A stretch of 64,000 nucleotides of DNA, taken from assembly GCF_006345805.1 (NCBI RefSeq), contig NC_043004.1, positions 27,838,001 to 27,902,000 on the forward strand, in the 5' to 3' direction. Shown in pieces: positions 49,767 to 63,820 of this stretch; the stretch's first letter is position 1; every line of letters begins with the position of its first letter. Below the pieces are notes generated by a model. The model searched no databases. It was given only the letters and a program-made list of their open reading frames with translations, and was not told the DNA's origin. The stretch is from Octopus sinensis. Its lineage: Eukaryota. The translations under genes and the position numbers were made by a program.

Positions 49767-49802
<36 letters not shown>

Positions 49803-50005
49803 AAATAACCAACAAGGATATCCAGAGGTAGTGTAGTACAATCGTTTCATGCTACTTCATTTAATTAAACATTCTAAGTATGAGATCAGTTTTGTTGCTT
49901 ATTTTGATTATAATCACCCCATTTTATTTATATAGATAATACCATACCAAATTCTGGTGCCTTTAACTTAAGTACCATATTCATCTGAATCTACATTTTT
50001 GCTGA

Positions 50006-50038
<33 letters not shown>

Positions 50039-50105
50039 ACACATGTATATACATACATACATGCATGCATACATACATGCATACATACATACATACATAC
50101 ATACA

Positions 50106-50141
<36 letters not shown>

Positions 50142-50551
50142 TATATATATTTGGCCATGATTGATCGCTAGCCACAAAACCTTTTTATTTTCTCTCCCTG
50201 TTTATTTCTGTGTTCCTTTCTGTCGAATTAATATAAATCAATATAATTAATATAAAAGCAACAATACTTTCACTACTATTGGGCTAAATCTTCAGTTTCT
50301 AAAGTCGTGTTTTCAAGAAAGATTGATTCGAGTCTTTGGGGTTACATTTTCCATTTTTCTGTTATGTACCATCTAATTCTTGTATCTAATTATTGGATTT
50401 ATTTATGCATTCCATAGTGACATCATTGCTATGAGATGCCTTATAGCCAAATTTCACACATAATCAGTGTGCTCTTCAGTCAATTTCATCTGTTTAATAT
50501 TAAAATAACCAAACGTGACACAGAAAATACAAACTTCAACAGTTATATCAT

Positions 50552-51105
50552 CTAGGTCGTCCCATAGGACGCCTCTCACAGGGTTTTCGGTTGCACATAC
50601 TATATAAATCAAAGGGCGTTGCTCCATGTGGTCCCGCAGATCCCATCAAATTAGGAATATTAGGGTCTCATCCATTGTCTTGTATTCAAGGTCCTATGCA
50701 TGACATCCTGCTGGTTCAAAGCCAGGAATCCGATTAAATCCACGCCCTGCTGCCGACACTTTGATTTATTGTCGTTAAGGTTTTGTTTGTCTCCTACCCT
50801 TCAACCTGTCTGGCCTGGTAAGATCTGCCTGAAGATTCCTCTCCCTCCAGCATAGCTCTCCATATCAATGGAGCACACAGGCACTTCACCGCGACAAGAT
50901 ACTAGCTGAATTGACCGTTGACTACACAGTTCTTCCGCCCTTTGACGGCTCTTATTTTTCGTCCCGCAGGGTGTCCAGCAATCACCGTCTTCACCAAGCA
51001 AGCTTGATGGGGTTGCCAGTTTAGTCGCCAACGAACCCGACCATGCAACAGGTTGTACTGGGTTATATGTCAACAGTAGCGCCCAAGAGTGACCTGACAT
51101 AAAGT
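50552..51105 (-). mobile_element. Putative internally deleted RTE-type element (5' UTR-like region joined to an RT C-terminal remnant)
   Basis: Ends in CERRPMGRPR* (RTE-like RP.GRPR motif); the upstream segment ctaaactggcaacccc...gagagctatgctgg...cagacaggttgaagggtagg resembles RTE 5' regions from memory only. Confidence 0.45.
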
Positions 51106-51247
51106 TATATCAGTAATCTAGAAATACTAAAGTTTATATTTTGTTTCTTTATTGTTAGTGTGTTTCCAATTTCTTTTAAAATAAATTATTTTATTCCTTG
51201 GTTTCTGAATGATTTTATTGGTTTAAACGTAAAAAGATATTAAAGTA

Positions 51248-53392
51248 CAGTGGTACCTCGCAGTACGAGTTTAATTCGTTCCATGACCGAGCTCGTTTTA
51301 CGATTTACTCGTTTTACGATTAACTCGTTTTACGATTTACTCGTTTTACGATTTACTCGTTTTACAAATCAATTTTCCCCATTGAAATTAACTAAAATAT
51401 CATTAATACCTCCCAAAGATTACACAAAAATAATTTTTTATGGGTTCGAAAATAGAAAAGGTGTAGTTACAAGTAAAATGACAATTATAAAAAGATAATG
51501 CATAAGAAATATGTAAACATGTTAACTGGTTTTATTAACTGAATGGAACGATTTGTGCTGGAGGAAGATGATAGAGCGGGGAGGAGGAAGATCACTGTTT
51601 GGATGGAGAATTTCCTTCACTTCATGAAGAATAATTTTCTCTCTCCGTTTAATTTAGGCTTTTTGGACACATTTTCTTCAATTTTTACACTTGCAGGTCG
51701 CTTCATTAGAAACATACCAAGAGAAGTCTACTTTTTCCTGCCTTTCAAAATGTTACGAAAATGCGCCAAAGCAGTCATTAAACAAAGCAGCTGCATGACT
51801 TGTAGCTACTTTTTCAGGATGATATTTTCTACAAATTCAGAAACATACAGCCACTTTGCCATCATTACTTTTAAGTCATTCGTAGAGATAACCTTCTCCG
51901 CTACACTGTCCTTCGCTACACTGCCAGGCCATTCCGATGATTTTCAAGCAGTTTACGATGTTGTAGTTCTCCATTCAAAACTCACGAAGGGTTAGATTTG
52001 TATTTTCGGTGACTTCAAAGCACCAATGAAACAGGTGTTTTGGTGTACAATTTCTTAAAATTAGATATCATTTGTTGGCCCATGAGCTGCAAGATAGGAG
52101 TGGTGTTGTGTGAAAAGTACATAACTTTTATAAATTAAAATTCGTCCACGATATCATCTTCAAGGTTAAGAGGGTGAGCAGGAGCATAGTCGATGATGAG
52201 GAGGGCCTTGGGAGGAAGATTGTTCTCCAGATGATACTTTTCACTGCTGGTCCGAAGACAAGGTCGACCCACTCGGAGATGAATTGGATGGTGACTCAGG
52301 CATTAACGTTTGCCCTCAACATGAGCTTCAGGATTTTGTGAGACTTGAACACTCGTGGGTTTTTCAGAATTGCAGACAAGAAGCGGCTGAATCTTCCAGT
52401 CTCCACTCGCATTGGCACAAAGGGCGAGAGTTGGTCTATTTTTCATAGGCTTGTGGCCGGCATTTTCTTCTCCTCTGCATTTATATAGGTTCTTCTGGGC
52501 CTTTTTTTCCAAAACAGGCCAGTTTCATCACAGTTGAATACCTGTTGTGCTATATACCCCTCGACTGAGGTAGGCGGGTGGAATTCGTTCACGAAATCTT
52601 CAGCTGTTTTCGTGTCAGAGTTCGCTGCTTCTCCATACCTGACAGCGCAATGAACGCTACTTCTCTTCTTGAAATTATCAAACCACCCGCGACTGGCTTT
52701 GAATGCGTCTGCTGATGTCTCCTCGGTTGATGTTCCAGGATTCTGCTTCAGGAGATGATGGTCTTTCTCGCAGATGATAGTCTCCGTAATCGTGTCCCTT
52801 GCTAGATATTTCTCGTTCATCCACATGAGAAACAAAATTTTTCTATCCTTTCGATGATAGATGTGCGTTGTTTAGAGAGCCTGGAGACACCCTTTGCTGT
52901 TGTAATGTCCTTGATCTCGTCTTTTTTCTTCAGGATGGTGCAGATCATTGACGTGCTTCGGTTGTATTGACGTGCTATGTCCATTAGCTGCACTCCTTAC
53001 TCATGTTTATCAATGATTTCCTTCAATTCTATCGTAATCAGCTTTTTTCTTCTTTTCAGCACTGCCCTTTCCACTAACCTTCTTAGGATCCATGGCCAAC
53101 ACCACCAGTTGTTATAAAACAATAGCAAAAGGTGCGCAAAACTAAACCATATATCACTGAGAAAAACACAACAGGGGAAGCTGTCACAACGAGATAGAAA
53201 TGAACTGAACGAGCGGAGACTGCTCTTGTTGGGAGAGCGTGTGCGAGCTCAGCGCCGACTAGCAGTCGCTTGTATGAAACTCATTCGTACTGCGGCTTTC
53301 CACTCATACTTTAGGACAAAAAATCGCACGAGCCTCGGCTCGTGCAGCAAATTACTCGTACAGTGGTGCACTCATTCTGCGAGGAACTACTG
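51248..53392 (-). mobile_element. Tigger/pogo DNA transposon, both ends intact, transposase disrupted and internally deleted
   Basis: TIRs cagtggtacctcgcagtacgag and revcomp cagtagttcctcgcagaatgag (18/22 match), TA on both sides; ORF from ATG at 53093 (MDPKKVS..KKKLITIELK), FKASRGWFDNFKKR, QVFNCDETGLFWKK. Confidence 0.95.
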
Positions 53393-54244
53393 TAATTGTT
53401 TTTCTTTCCTCATATTATTTGCTCAGAGTCGTTACAGCCATGGCATTAATTATATGTATATAGATATATGCTAGGTATTGTAGTGAAGCTAAATGGTCTT
53501 GGTGAATAAATTTCTCCATTGCGATTTCTTATTGAAAATTATTCACTTATATCATTAATACTCATAGAAAAATCCTGAATGAACCAATTTCTCATTTCCT
53601 ATTCTCAATAAACATGAATTGGTAAATAATAGCCTCACCGGAATCTGGGCTTCGAAGAGCTGTTCAATGGAACAAATCAGTGGTTTACTGTATCATAAAA
53701 GCAATGACAGAAACAGATGCGTACTTATGCACTCGGTTATTCAAGCTTCTAAAAGTTTGTCTTCCAACGTTCGAGACGTCAACAACTACAGGTTCCAGAG
53801 AATCAATCATTCTATAGAATAAGTCTTAACATCAGATAGGAAGATGTCGTGTATAAGCGTGAAGGTGTTCGTTTTATGCATCAAACTAGCGGCAGGTGTC
53901 TGGTTGTTGCATTCACCTGTGACAACGTAAGATGCTTAACATACTTACTTACTTACATACCTAAATACATACATACACATACATACATACATACATACAT
54001 ACATACATACATACATACATACATGCATACATACGCATATATCCGTGTGTGTATATATAAATAGTGAATAATATATAATATAATATTATATATATATATG
54101 TATGTATGTATGTATGTATAAAAACAATATATATATATATTTATATGGATACATACATACATACATACATACATACATACATACATACATACATACATAC
54201 ATACAAACATACATACATACACACATACAAACATACATACATAC

Positions 54245-54277
<33 letters not shown>

Positions 54278-54539
54278 CATACATATATATATATGCATAT
54301 ATGGGTACAGGACGTCACCAACAATAAACAATATGAAATACGAAAACAAATGAGTTCAATACGCAAACAACAAGAGAAACAAATGGAAAACAGAGCAAGT
54401 AACACAAGGAACGACCCTTCATCAGTTGTCGGTTGTCTATCTACTCCTCATTTCGAGCATTCAACGACAATATGAGTCTTCGAAGACAGTTGCTCCCATT
54501 AGTACCAAAATAACCCTAACCCCTTGTCAAACAAACGCG

Positions 54540-55090
54540 GTTTGAACAGAACGTCTTGTGTGTTTGGTGAAATTTCGACGGGGCGTTGCACTTTGAGCCT
54601 TCCTAGATGGTCATGCTGTAAACACTAAACTTTATGCTCAGCAACTGCTGCTAGTACATAATGATTTGAAAGTCAGTTACCCGGCATTGGTCAATCAAAG
54701 ACGCGCACTTCTACAACATAATACTGTCCCAGCACACACACTGCGAAAGTAAACAAGCGCAAAGTCGAGGAACTAGAGGAGCCGGAAGTACTGCCTTACC
54801 GTACCTACAGTCAAGGTCTTGCACCATCAGATGGCCATCTTTTCTGAACCATGGTTAATTTCGCACACAGGCAAAGGCCTAACAACGGATGAGGTTGAAA
54901 ACTTGTGTATTTAGCTTCTGAAACAGCATATGGGTACAGGCATATAAGTGAGCTTCTGGTATAATGATGGCAGCAGGCGATAAAATATGATGGGACATAT
55001 TTTGATGAATAAACGCTTTTTTTATGGAATTTGTTTCAGCTGTTAAAGCCTGAAATAAGAAGAAAAAAAAACTTTTGACACAACCTGATA
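54540..55090 (+). mobile_element. Mariner (Tc1/mariner) 3' fragment with right TIR
   Basis: Remnants of CVWWN.EG..HFE, LQHN..PAH and Y(S)..LAPSD.HLF motifs; terminus aaacttttgacacaacctga+TA at ~55069-55090. Confidence 0.75.
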
Positions 55091-55527
55091 CCGCTAACAG
55101 CCAAACTATTTATAGTTTTTTCCCCCAGAGTGGCCAGACTGGACATGTAAAATCAAGCTGAAACATTAATTCCAACCGACAAGTTAAATATAGACACCAT
55201 GTGAGGCAAGAAGATAAAATGGAGCTGTATTATAAAGTTTAAGGAATTTCCCATCAAGTCGAGTAAAAATTCCTTTTTACTGACAACTTAACCAGAATTT
55301 CATCATCAATTCACTCCCATTCCAAAACAAAAAACAAAAAAACAATATATTTCTTAGTTTAGAACAATGAGCAACTCATGTGATTTATTGTCGTTATAGC
55401 TAATGGATAAATGACGTTTTAACACTATTTTGTACGATGACACCATTTTCATTACAGTAAAATGCGTTATCTCACTGATCGTTCTAGCGTCAATCTAACA
55501 CCAAACAGTCTTAACTGAATGCGCGCG

Positions 55528-55580
<53 letters not shown>

Positions 55581-58029
55581 TCACTCACTCACCTATACAC
55601 ACTCACACCTACACACACACTCACACATGCACATACATCTACACACAAACACACACGCTCACACCTACACGCACATATCCACATATATTCTCATATATAC
55701 ATATGTACAGGCATATATATATATATACATATATATACACGGTCGTATACATATATCTCGCGAGTCGAGTTTCACGCCGCTGTGATCTCCAGGCGAGAAT
55801 GCAGTGTTTTATTTGCATCTGTTAATAGGTTTGTTTTGGAGCCTGCTGGTTGGCTTTTGTTCTGTGTCTTGAGCTTATTCTTTAATTCATTCATACATTC
55901 ATTCATTCATCCATTCTTTCTTTCTTTCTTTCTTTCTTTCTTTTTTTCATCGTTTTGTCTTTAGGTTACTGCTTATTCTTGAAATTGTTGAAAGGGTATG
56001 CATGTGTGTGTGTGTGTGTGTGTGGAGTGAGGACGTGTTTATGCATTTGTATTTTGATGAGTTGTTTATTGTTACTGAGTTTTGGGGCAAATTTTCCTAT
56101 GGTTACTTGTTGAATTAATTCAGGATGTTTGAGTAGAATGTGTGTACGCATATGAAAATGTGTATATGTGTATGCGTGTATATGGGAGAAAATGTATTTG
56201 CGTGTGCGTGTGTGCATGTGCGATGGGGTGATTGTATTTCTCAGGTCAATTTTAGACGAAGACGTTTGTTTACAGAATTTTGGTGGTGGTGGTAGTGGTG
56301 GGTGGTCAGTGTTACTAGGTGTTGTTATTAGAGTTCATGGTTGACTGATTAAGTGTCTCTCTCTTACGAGTGTGAAATTGCTTGTGTATGTGTGTGCATG
56401 TGTGGTTGAATTTTCTTCATTGCCAATTCGTATTTCATAAGATCTGTCCAATTATTTATTCATGGTTGGATGCACATGTTAAAGTGTAATTATGTGTATG
56501 TATATACGTTTGTGCGTATGCGCGTGTGTGAAGGCTGTATATATGCGTGTATAACTGCGTGTACTGTATTTTATGATGGGATGTTTACTGTTCGACTTAG
56601 ATGTTAATTTTTTGCTATATTGAGTGTTCTTTTATCTTTTTATGGTTCAGTCCATTTCTGAAGATGAATTTATTCTGGTATTTGCAGTATGACATAATCT
56701 CAGTTCCCTTCTTTACTAATGTGTGTATAGAGTCGTTATACTGCATGGGGTGGGTGGGAGGGGATTTAAGAACATTTAAAGGGTGAAGGTGTACAATAAT
56801 CATTAAGTCCTTTGTCTGTTCTTGTTTGTCGCCTCTATGTTAACCAACCTGTGGGCAATAAAGAAATAGATATTGAAAACAGCAAAATGTACACACGAAG
56901 TTCAAGTAAAACAAAATGTAGTCAATATAGGTGCAATACATACTTTCTGTAGCATAGTTATGTTATAAAAAATGGAAAGTCACCAATTTAGCAAAAGTTA
57001 GTATGCGTCACCAATGTAAGAAAGTACAGAGAGTCAACATTTATTTGGAACATGTACTAAATGTTATAAAATTCACGATTGAATGAATGTCACGGTGAAG
57101 AAAGTGAAAGTGCAAGAAAATTCAAAAGGCATAATTCAATTCATACAAAAATAATTTATTTTGCAATTTTGAAACGAACGCCGAACCAAGTGTATAAAAA
57201 GGAAGATGCTGTTGTAATACTGAGCAATGCAGTAAAACGGTTGTGCGACGTTGATACTCACAGTGATGAAGAATGCAAGGACTGTTAGAAAAACATTCTC
57301 TTGAAACTGGTTAGAAGGAGTAGAATAACATTTCTGTAATTACATTGAAAGAACCGCTGAAGCTTTCTACTTCGCCAAGTTTCCAAACTTATGATAACCA
57401 GAATAATATGTTTTTTTTCCAAATATATTTGCGAGTAATGTGAGTGGTGTTAAATCAGCCTAATTTTCATGTTGGTAGTACTTGAAAGTGAACTTTGTTG
57501 TTTGTTTGAAGTCCAGGGCGCAAATAAACGTTCAACGTCGGGGCGTTTCACTGTTGGGGTGGGGTGGGGAAGTAACAAACATAAACTAACACATACACAC
57601 ACACACACACATGTACATTAACGCACACCTGAAGCCTATCTGTTCCTGCGTGTGTTTGTCTCTTTCGGTGTGTGAATGTATGTGTGTGTGTGTCAGTCGT
57701 CACAAAAATGCATGTATACTGACAGACACATACACCATCACACACATGTACTTGTCAGTCATCGGCCTAACGTTGGTAACGAACGTTCGAACATACTCAT
57801 ATAAAAATGTGACGTCATCGTCATTATGGTGATGATATAAAATGTCGTTTATAATAGGCAACTAAAAGAAAAATGATAATGTTAAATTTTTGTAATGCAA
57901 ATATGTGAATGAAAATATAGTTTAGTTGGTAGCCAAAAGCTTACTGAATCTTTTGATACCACTTACGTCAAAATCGGCAACTCAGTTTTGGAATGCATAA
58001 GGAACGCACAAAAACACACAAAAACCCTC

Positions 58030-58072
<43 letters not shown>

Positions 58073-58178
58073 ATTATCATTAATTGAGTGCCACAAATCC
58101 ATTTCCATGTACATATACATACATCATACACATACATACATACATACATACATACTACATACATACATACATATATAA

Positions 58179-58211
<33 letters not shown>

Positions 58212-58217
58212 AATGCA

Positions 58218-58266
<49 letters not shown>

Positions 58267-58285
58267 TATATATATATATATATAT

Positions 58286-58324
<39 letters not shown>

Positions 58325-58327
<3 letters not shown>

Positions 58328-58465
58328 CGACGGGTTTCTTTCAGTTTCTGTCTACCAAATCCACTCACACGGCTATAGTAGGAGACACTAGCCCAAGGTG
58401 CCATGCAGTGGGACCGAACCCGGAACCATGTGGTTGGTAAACAAGCTACTTACCACACAGCTACT
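58325..58465 (-). mobile_element. SINE family A 5' part
   Basis: Reverse complement of gtggtaagtagcttg...ccacatggttccgggttcggtcccactgc... Confidence 0.85.
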
Positions 58466-58812
58466 CATATATATATATAATATATATATACATATATATA
58501 TGTGTGTGGTTGTGTGTGTGTGTGTGTATAAATGTGTTTGTGCGTATATATATATATATACACACACACATATGTGTGAGTGTGTATCTACATATACATA
58601 TAGGTTGGTAGATGATACTTTTTTCTCCCTACTCCACCAAATTACCTCACTGACGACTGCCATTAATGGAAGTAGCGTGAATTATTCATGAGCTTATTAG
58701 TTTCACACTAAATACATGTCTGATCCAAATGGAATGTTAAGCAGGCTGTCACCACAAAACATGTTGAGAAGAGCGTCCTCCCTCTCCTTCTCTTCCCCTA
58801 TCTTAGAGGCTG

Positions 58813-58905
<93 letters not shown>

Positions 58906-58939
58906 TTTATTTTATTTATTATTTTTTTGTTTTTTTCTT

Positions 58940-59092
58940 CCCTTTTACGATCCCTCTTGATCGAAAAACCTACGCCACCCCTTTTTTTCTTCTTTTGTTG
59001 TTTGTTTTTTGTTTTTTTCATCCCCTAAAAGAAAAGCTCTACCTTGTAACTTGTCCCATCTGTGTGCAGCCCTGTGTGGCCAATAAAGAAAC

Positions 59093-59139
<47 letters not shown>

Positions 59140-59180
59140 CCTATCTTTCTGTCTGTCTGTCTGTCTGTCTGTCTGTCAAT
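58940..59180 (+). mobile_element. Second copy of the (TATC)n-tailed retroposon end
   Basis: Matches 13540-13945; preceded by another (TATC)n tract at ~58812-58905. Confidence 0.75.
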
Positions 59181-59691
59181 TTGCCTGCCAATCTACCTAC
59201 CTACATACGCATCTGCTATCTATGTAGTTGTGGATGTCTTTCTCTTTTTCGATCTTTTTTGTTTCCCAATTTCCTTCTTTCCCTCTTCTTCCCTCTCCTA
59301 TGTTAAATTTCTCAATCTGTTTCTTATCATATACTTCTCCCACAATCTTTCTCCTATTTTCGTTTCATGTACAACACGCTTGTTCATATTTTGTATAATA
59401 ATGTTTATCTCTCTTCCCACTCTCTTTTCATGCACACCCTCACATAATACATACATACATTCATACATACATACATACAATACATACATACATACATACA
59501 TACATACGTACATACATACATATAAGAGAATAAAGTGTACGTACGCCGTTATATACTTATATTTATATGTGTGTGTGTGTTTATGTATATATATATATAT
59601 AATTATTATTTGAGGGAATATAAATCCAAACTTACAGGGAAAAAAAATTCAGTTAAAATATTAAATTAAATTTCACAGAATATATTGTCTA

Positions 59692-60020
59692 TATATAAAA
59701 AATTAGAAAAAACCACATTTTATCAATTCAAAATGAACAATTAAATTATACCATCTAGAAAATTACATATAATAGAAATATAAAAATTGAAATAACAATA
59801 AAATATCAATGATTAAGTAAATTGCAAAAAAATAATTAAAACGTATATAATTGGTATATATATTATATACGTTTTTATTATTTTTTTTGCAATTTACTTA
59901 ATCATTGATATTTTATGTTTATTTTAATTTTAATATTTCTATTATATGTAATTTTCTAGATGGCGTAATTTAATTGTTCATTTTCCAATTGATAAAGGTG
60001 ATTTTTTCTAATTTTATATA
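59692..60020. repeat. AT-rich palindrome, ~160 bp arms, ~10 nt loop
   Basis: ccatctagaaaattacatataatagaaata...aatatcaatgattaagtaaattgcaaaaaaa inverted against ttttttgcaatttacttaatcattgatatt...tatttctattatatgtaattttctagatgg. Confidence 0.92.
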
Positions 60021-60111
60021 TATATTTATAATATATAATATTTATATATATATTTATATATATATATTTTTATATATAGAATATAATAATATAATAATAT
60101 ATATAATTCTG

Positions 60112-60166
<55 letters not shown>

Positions 60167-60799
60167 TTGATCTAAGATATTATTTGATTTTAGCAGCAAT
60201 TTTTCAAGAACACAATAGATTTACAGATGAAGAGAGTCTAAATTGAAATTAGAATCAAATTTATTATAAAATTTATTTATTTTGGGGCTTCAAGTTTCGC
60301 TTCATGGTTTATTGTACCAGCGAAGAAAATTATTATTACTGTTGTTATTATTGTTGTTGTTGTTATTATCATTATTGTTGTTCTTGATGTTGTCGTTGTT
60401 GTTGCGGTGGTAGTGGTGAGGGAAAAATAACAGAAAAATTCTCGAACACTACTGATGCACTGAACCACAACTGTTAAAATTGTTAGAACAAGTTGCTATA
60501 TTTTTCATTCTATTGTGAGTAAAACAAAAATTGATAAAGGATTTCAAACATGAGATAAACGCATTTAAAGGTAAATGAGGAATGGTGAGCAGATGAAGTG
60601 ACAAAACAGAGATCAAATTTTTAAAGAAAAAGAAATATAAATAAATTAAAGGTGGATTAAGGGTGAATTTCAATGGAATTAAACAGAGTATTAATAAAAA
60701 AGATTTAAAAAAAACTATGTATTTAATGTGATATATTTGTGTATAATTGTTTATGTTTTTCTGTGTGTGAATGTTGTGCATAGCTTAACGTTTAAAATA

Positions 60800-61448
60800 T
60801 GCACGTATGTATGTATGTATGTATGTATGTATGTATGTATGATGTATGTATGCATGTATGTATGTATGTAAGTAGGATGGTATGTATGTATGTATGTATG
60901 TATGTATGTATTTCTGTATGTATGTATATATGCATTTATGTATGTATGTATGTATTTATGTATGTATGTATGCATTTATGTATGTATTTATGTATTTATG
61001 TATTTATGTATGTATGTATTTATGTATGTATGTGTGTATGTATTTATGTATGTATGTATTTATGTATGTATGTATGTATTTATGTATGTATGTATGTATG
61101 TATGTATGTATGTATGTATTTCTGTATGTATGTATATATGCATTTATGTATGTATGTATTTATGTATGTATGTATGCATTTATGTATGTATTTATGTATT
61201 TATGTATGTATGTATTTATGTATGTATTTATGTATGTAAGTATGTATTTATGTATGTATGTATTTATGTATGTATGTATTTATGTATGTAAGTATGTATT
61301 TATGTATGTATATATTTATGTATTTATGTATGTATGTATTTATGTATGTATGTATTTATGTATGTATGTATGTATGTATGTAAGTATGTATGTATGTATG
61401 TATGTATGTATGTATGTATGTATGTATGTATGTATGTATGTATGTATG

Positions 61449-61479
<31 letters not shown>

Positions 61480-62085
61480 GTATGTATGTATGTATTTATG
61501 TATGTATGTATGTATGTATGTATGTATTTCTGTATGTATGTATATATGCATTTATGTATGTATGTATGTATTTATGTATGTATGTATGCATTTATGTATG
61601 TATTTATGTATTTATGTATGTATGTATTTATGTATGTATTTATGTATGTAAGTATGTATTTATGTATGTATGTATTTATGTATGTATGTATTTATGTATG
61701 TATGTATGTATTTATGTATGTATGTATTTATGTATGTATTTATGTATGTAAGTATGTATTTATGTATGTATATATTTATGTATTTATGTATGTATGTATT
61801 TATGTATGTATGTATTTATGTATGTATGTATGTATGTATGTATGTATTTATGTATGTATGTATTTCTGTATGTATATATGTATGTATGTATGTATGTGTA
61901 TGTATGTATGTATTTATGTATGTATGTATTTATGTATGTATGTATTTATGTATGGATGTATGTATGTATTTATGTATGGATGTATGTATGTATTTATGTA
62001 TGTATGTATTTATGTATGTATGTATTTATGTATGTATGTATTTATGTATGTATTTATGTATGTATGTATGTATGTAGGTAGGTAG
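60800..62085 (+). repeat. ~1.3 kb (TATG)n array with TATT variants and higher-order block repeats
   Basis: Landmark tttctg at 60911, 61119, 61527 and 61863. Confidence 0.97.
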
Positions 62086-62155
62086 TAGGTATGTATGTAT
62101 AATCAGGTGTATGTAGGGAGAGTGTATTTGTATATAAATACGTTTGTGTATGATT

Positions 62156-62280
62156 GTGAAACTCTGAGTAACAGTTTTTTATGCTGTCTTTACAACTTTT
62201 AAAAATAAAGCATATCACTCTACCTCCACCATTTGAGTACTATCTTTTCCACCTTGTTTCACATTTCCATGCTTACCTCT

Positions 62281-62283
<3 letters not shown>
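62156..62283 (+). mobile_element. Truncated copy of the 18575-18735 family (3' half of the hammerhead retained), followed by (TA)n
   Basis: gtgaaactctgagtaacagttt...aataaa.catat...ttttccaccttgtttcacattt...ggtatata. Confidence 0.75.
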
Positions 62284-62342
<59 letters not shown>

Positions 62343-62364
62343 TGCCTTTTATCTTTTATCTTTT

Positions 62365-63175
62365 ATGGTTTTCAGCCGGAGGTTGAGGCCATGCTGGTGT
62401 ACCGCCTGTACTGTGTCCAGGGATTTTTCTAGTATTACTTCTGGTGAAGTTGCGAGTTGGACGTTGCCGCGATGTGGGTTCGTCGGGAATTGAAGATAAA
62501 ATGCTGTCCAGACGTTTTTTGAAGACTTCAATGTCTACACCTTACACATCCATGATGTTCTGTGGTAGGGCATCAAAAAGTTGCAGTCCCTTGAATCCCA
62601 ACCTATTACAATATTGGGATCGTATCTTCGATGGAGGGGATGGGACATTTGGTACTGCGCAGTGCCGTCCAGTTCGGGGGTTGTTGTAGATTTCGATTCC
62701 GAAATTAGGAACCGGACCCTCCATTATCTTCCACATGTATAGCACTGCATATCTCTCTCGTCTCCACTCCAGGGAGTAGAGTCCCAGTTCCCTCAATCTC
62801 TCCCAGTAGCCCATGTGTTTTACAGAGTATATCTTCTTTGTGAAGTGGCGTTGGTTCGCCTCTAGTTCTGCAATTAGTTTTACACTCTGTGGGGACCACA
62901 GTTGGGAGCAGTATTCCGGACAACTTAGGACGAAGTTTCTCCAAAGCAGAAGCATCGTGTCTCTGTTCCTGGTCCTGATGGATCTAAGGATTCAACCTGC
63001 CACCCGCCTGCCTAGTGTTGCCATCCGAACAATGTGCTCATGGAAAGTTGCATCGTTGTGAATTCCCAGGCCACGCACCGACTCTAATTCTGGGATTACG
63101 TTGCCTGCTGGTCCCGTGTCCTTCAGCTGTAGTTTGTCGGTGGGCTGATAGCGGAGTGCTTGAAATAATATGCAG
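62365..63175 (-). mobile_element. CR1/L2-group LINE 3' region
   Basis: ESVRGLGI; EYCSQLWSP; LEANQRHFTKKI; YWERLRELGLYSLEWRRERY; LQLFDALP are typical CR1-group post-RT motifs. Confidence 0.88.
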
Positions 63176-63179
63176 TTCA

Positions 63180-63217
63180 CTGAATGTTGTCGTTGTTGTT
63201 GTTGTGTTGTTGTTCTT

Positions 63218-63267
<50 letters not shown>

Positions 63268-63302
63268 TATTATTATTATTATCATTAATATTATTATTAT
63301 CA

Positions 63303-63333
<31 letters not shown>

Positions 63334-63398
63334 TATTATTATTATTATTATTATTATCATTATTATTATTATTAATATCATCATCATCATCATCATCA

Positions 63399-63445
<47 letters not shown>

Positions 63446-63479
63446 TTTCATTATCATTATCATTATCATCATCTTCATC

Positions 63480-63538
<59 letters not shown>

Positions 63539-63586
63539 TATCATTTATTATTATTATCATTATTATTATCATTATTATTATTATTA

Positions 63587-63618
<32 letters not shown>

Positions 63619-63707
63619 TATTATTATTATTAATATTATTATTATTATTATTGTTATTATTATTATTATTTTTTATTATTGTTATTATTATTGTTATTAT
63701 TATTGTT

Positions 63708-63743
<36 letters not shown>

Positions 63744-63756
63744 ATTATTATTATTA

Positions 63757-63802
<46 letters not shown>

Positions 63803-63820
63803 TATTATTGTTATCATTAT
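63180..63820 (+). repeat. Compound (GTT)/(ATC)/(ATT) triplet array
   Basis: Directly visible; explains the poly-I/L/Y/S/N ORFs. Confidence 0.97.

Noticed and set aside
56600-57290. Possible MULE-type transposase remnants
   Set aside because: Resemblance limited to a few residues; too weak to call by eye.
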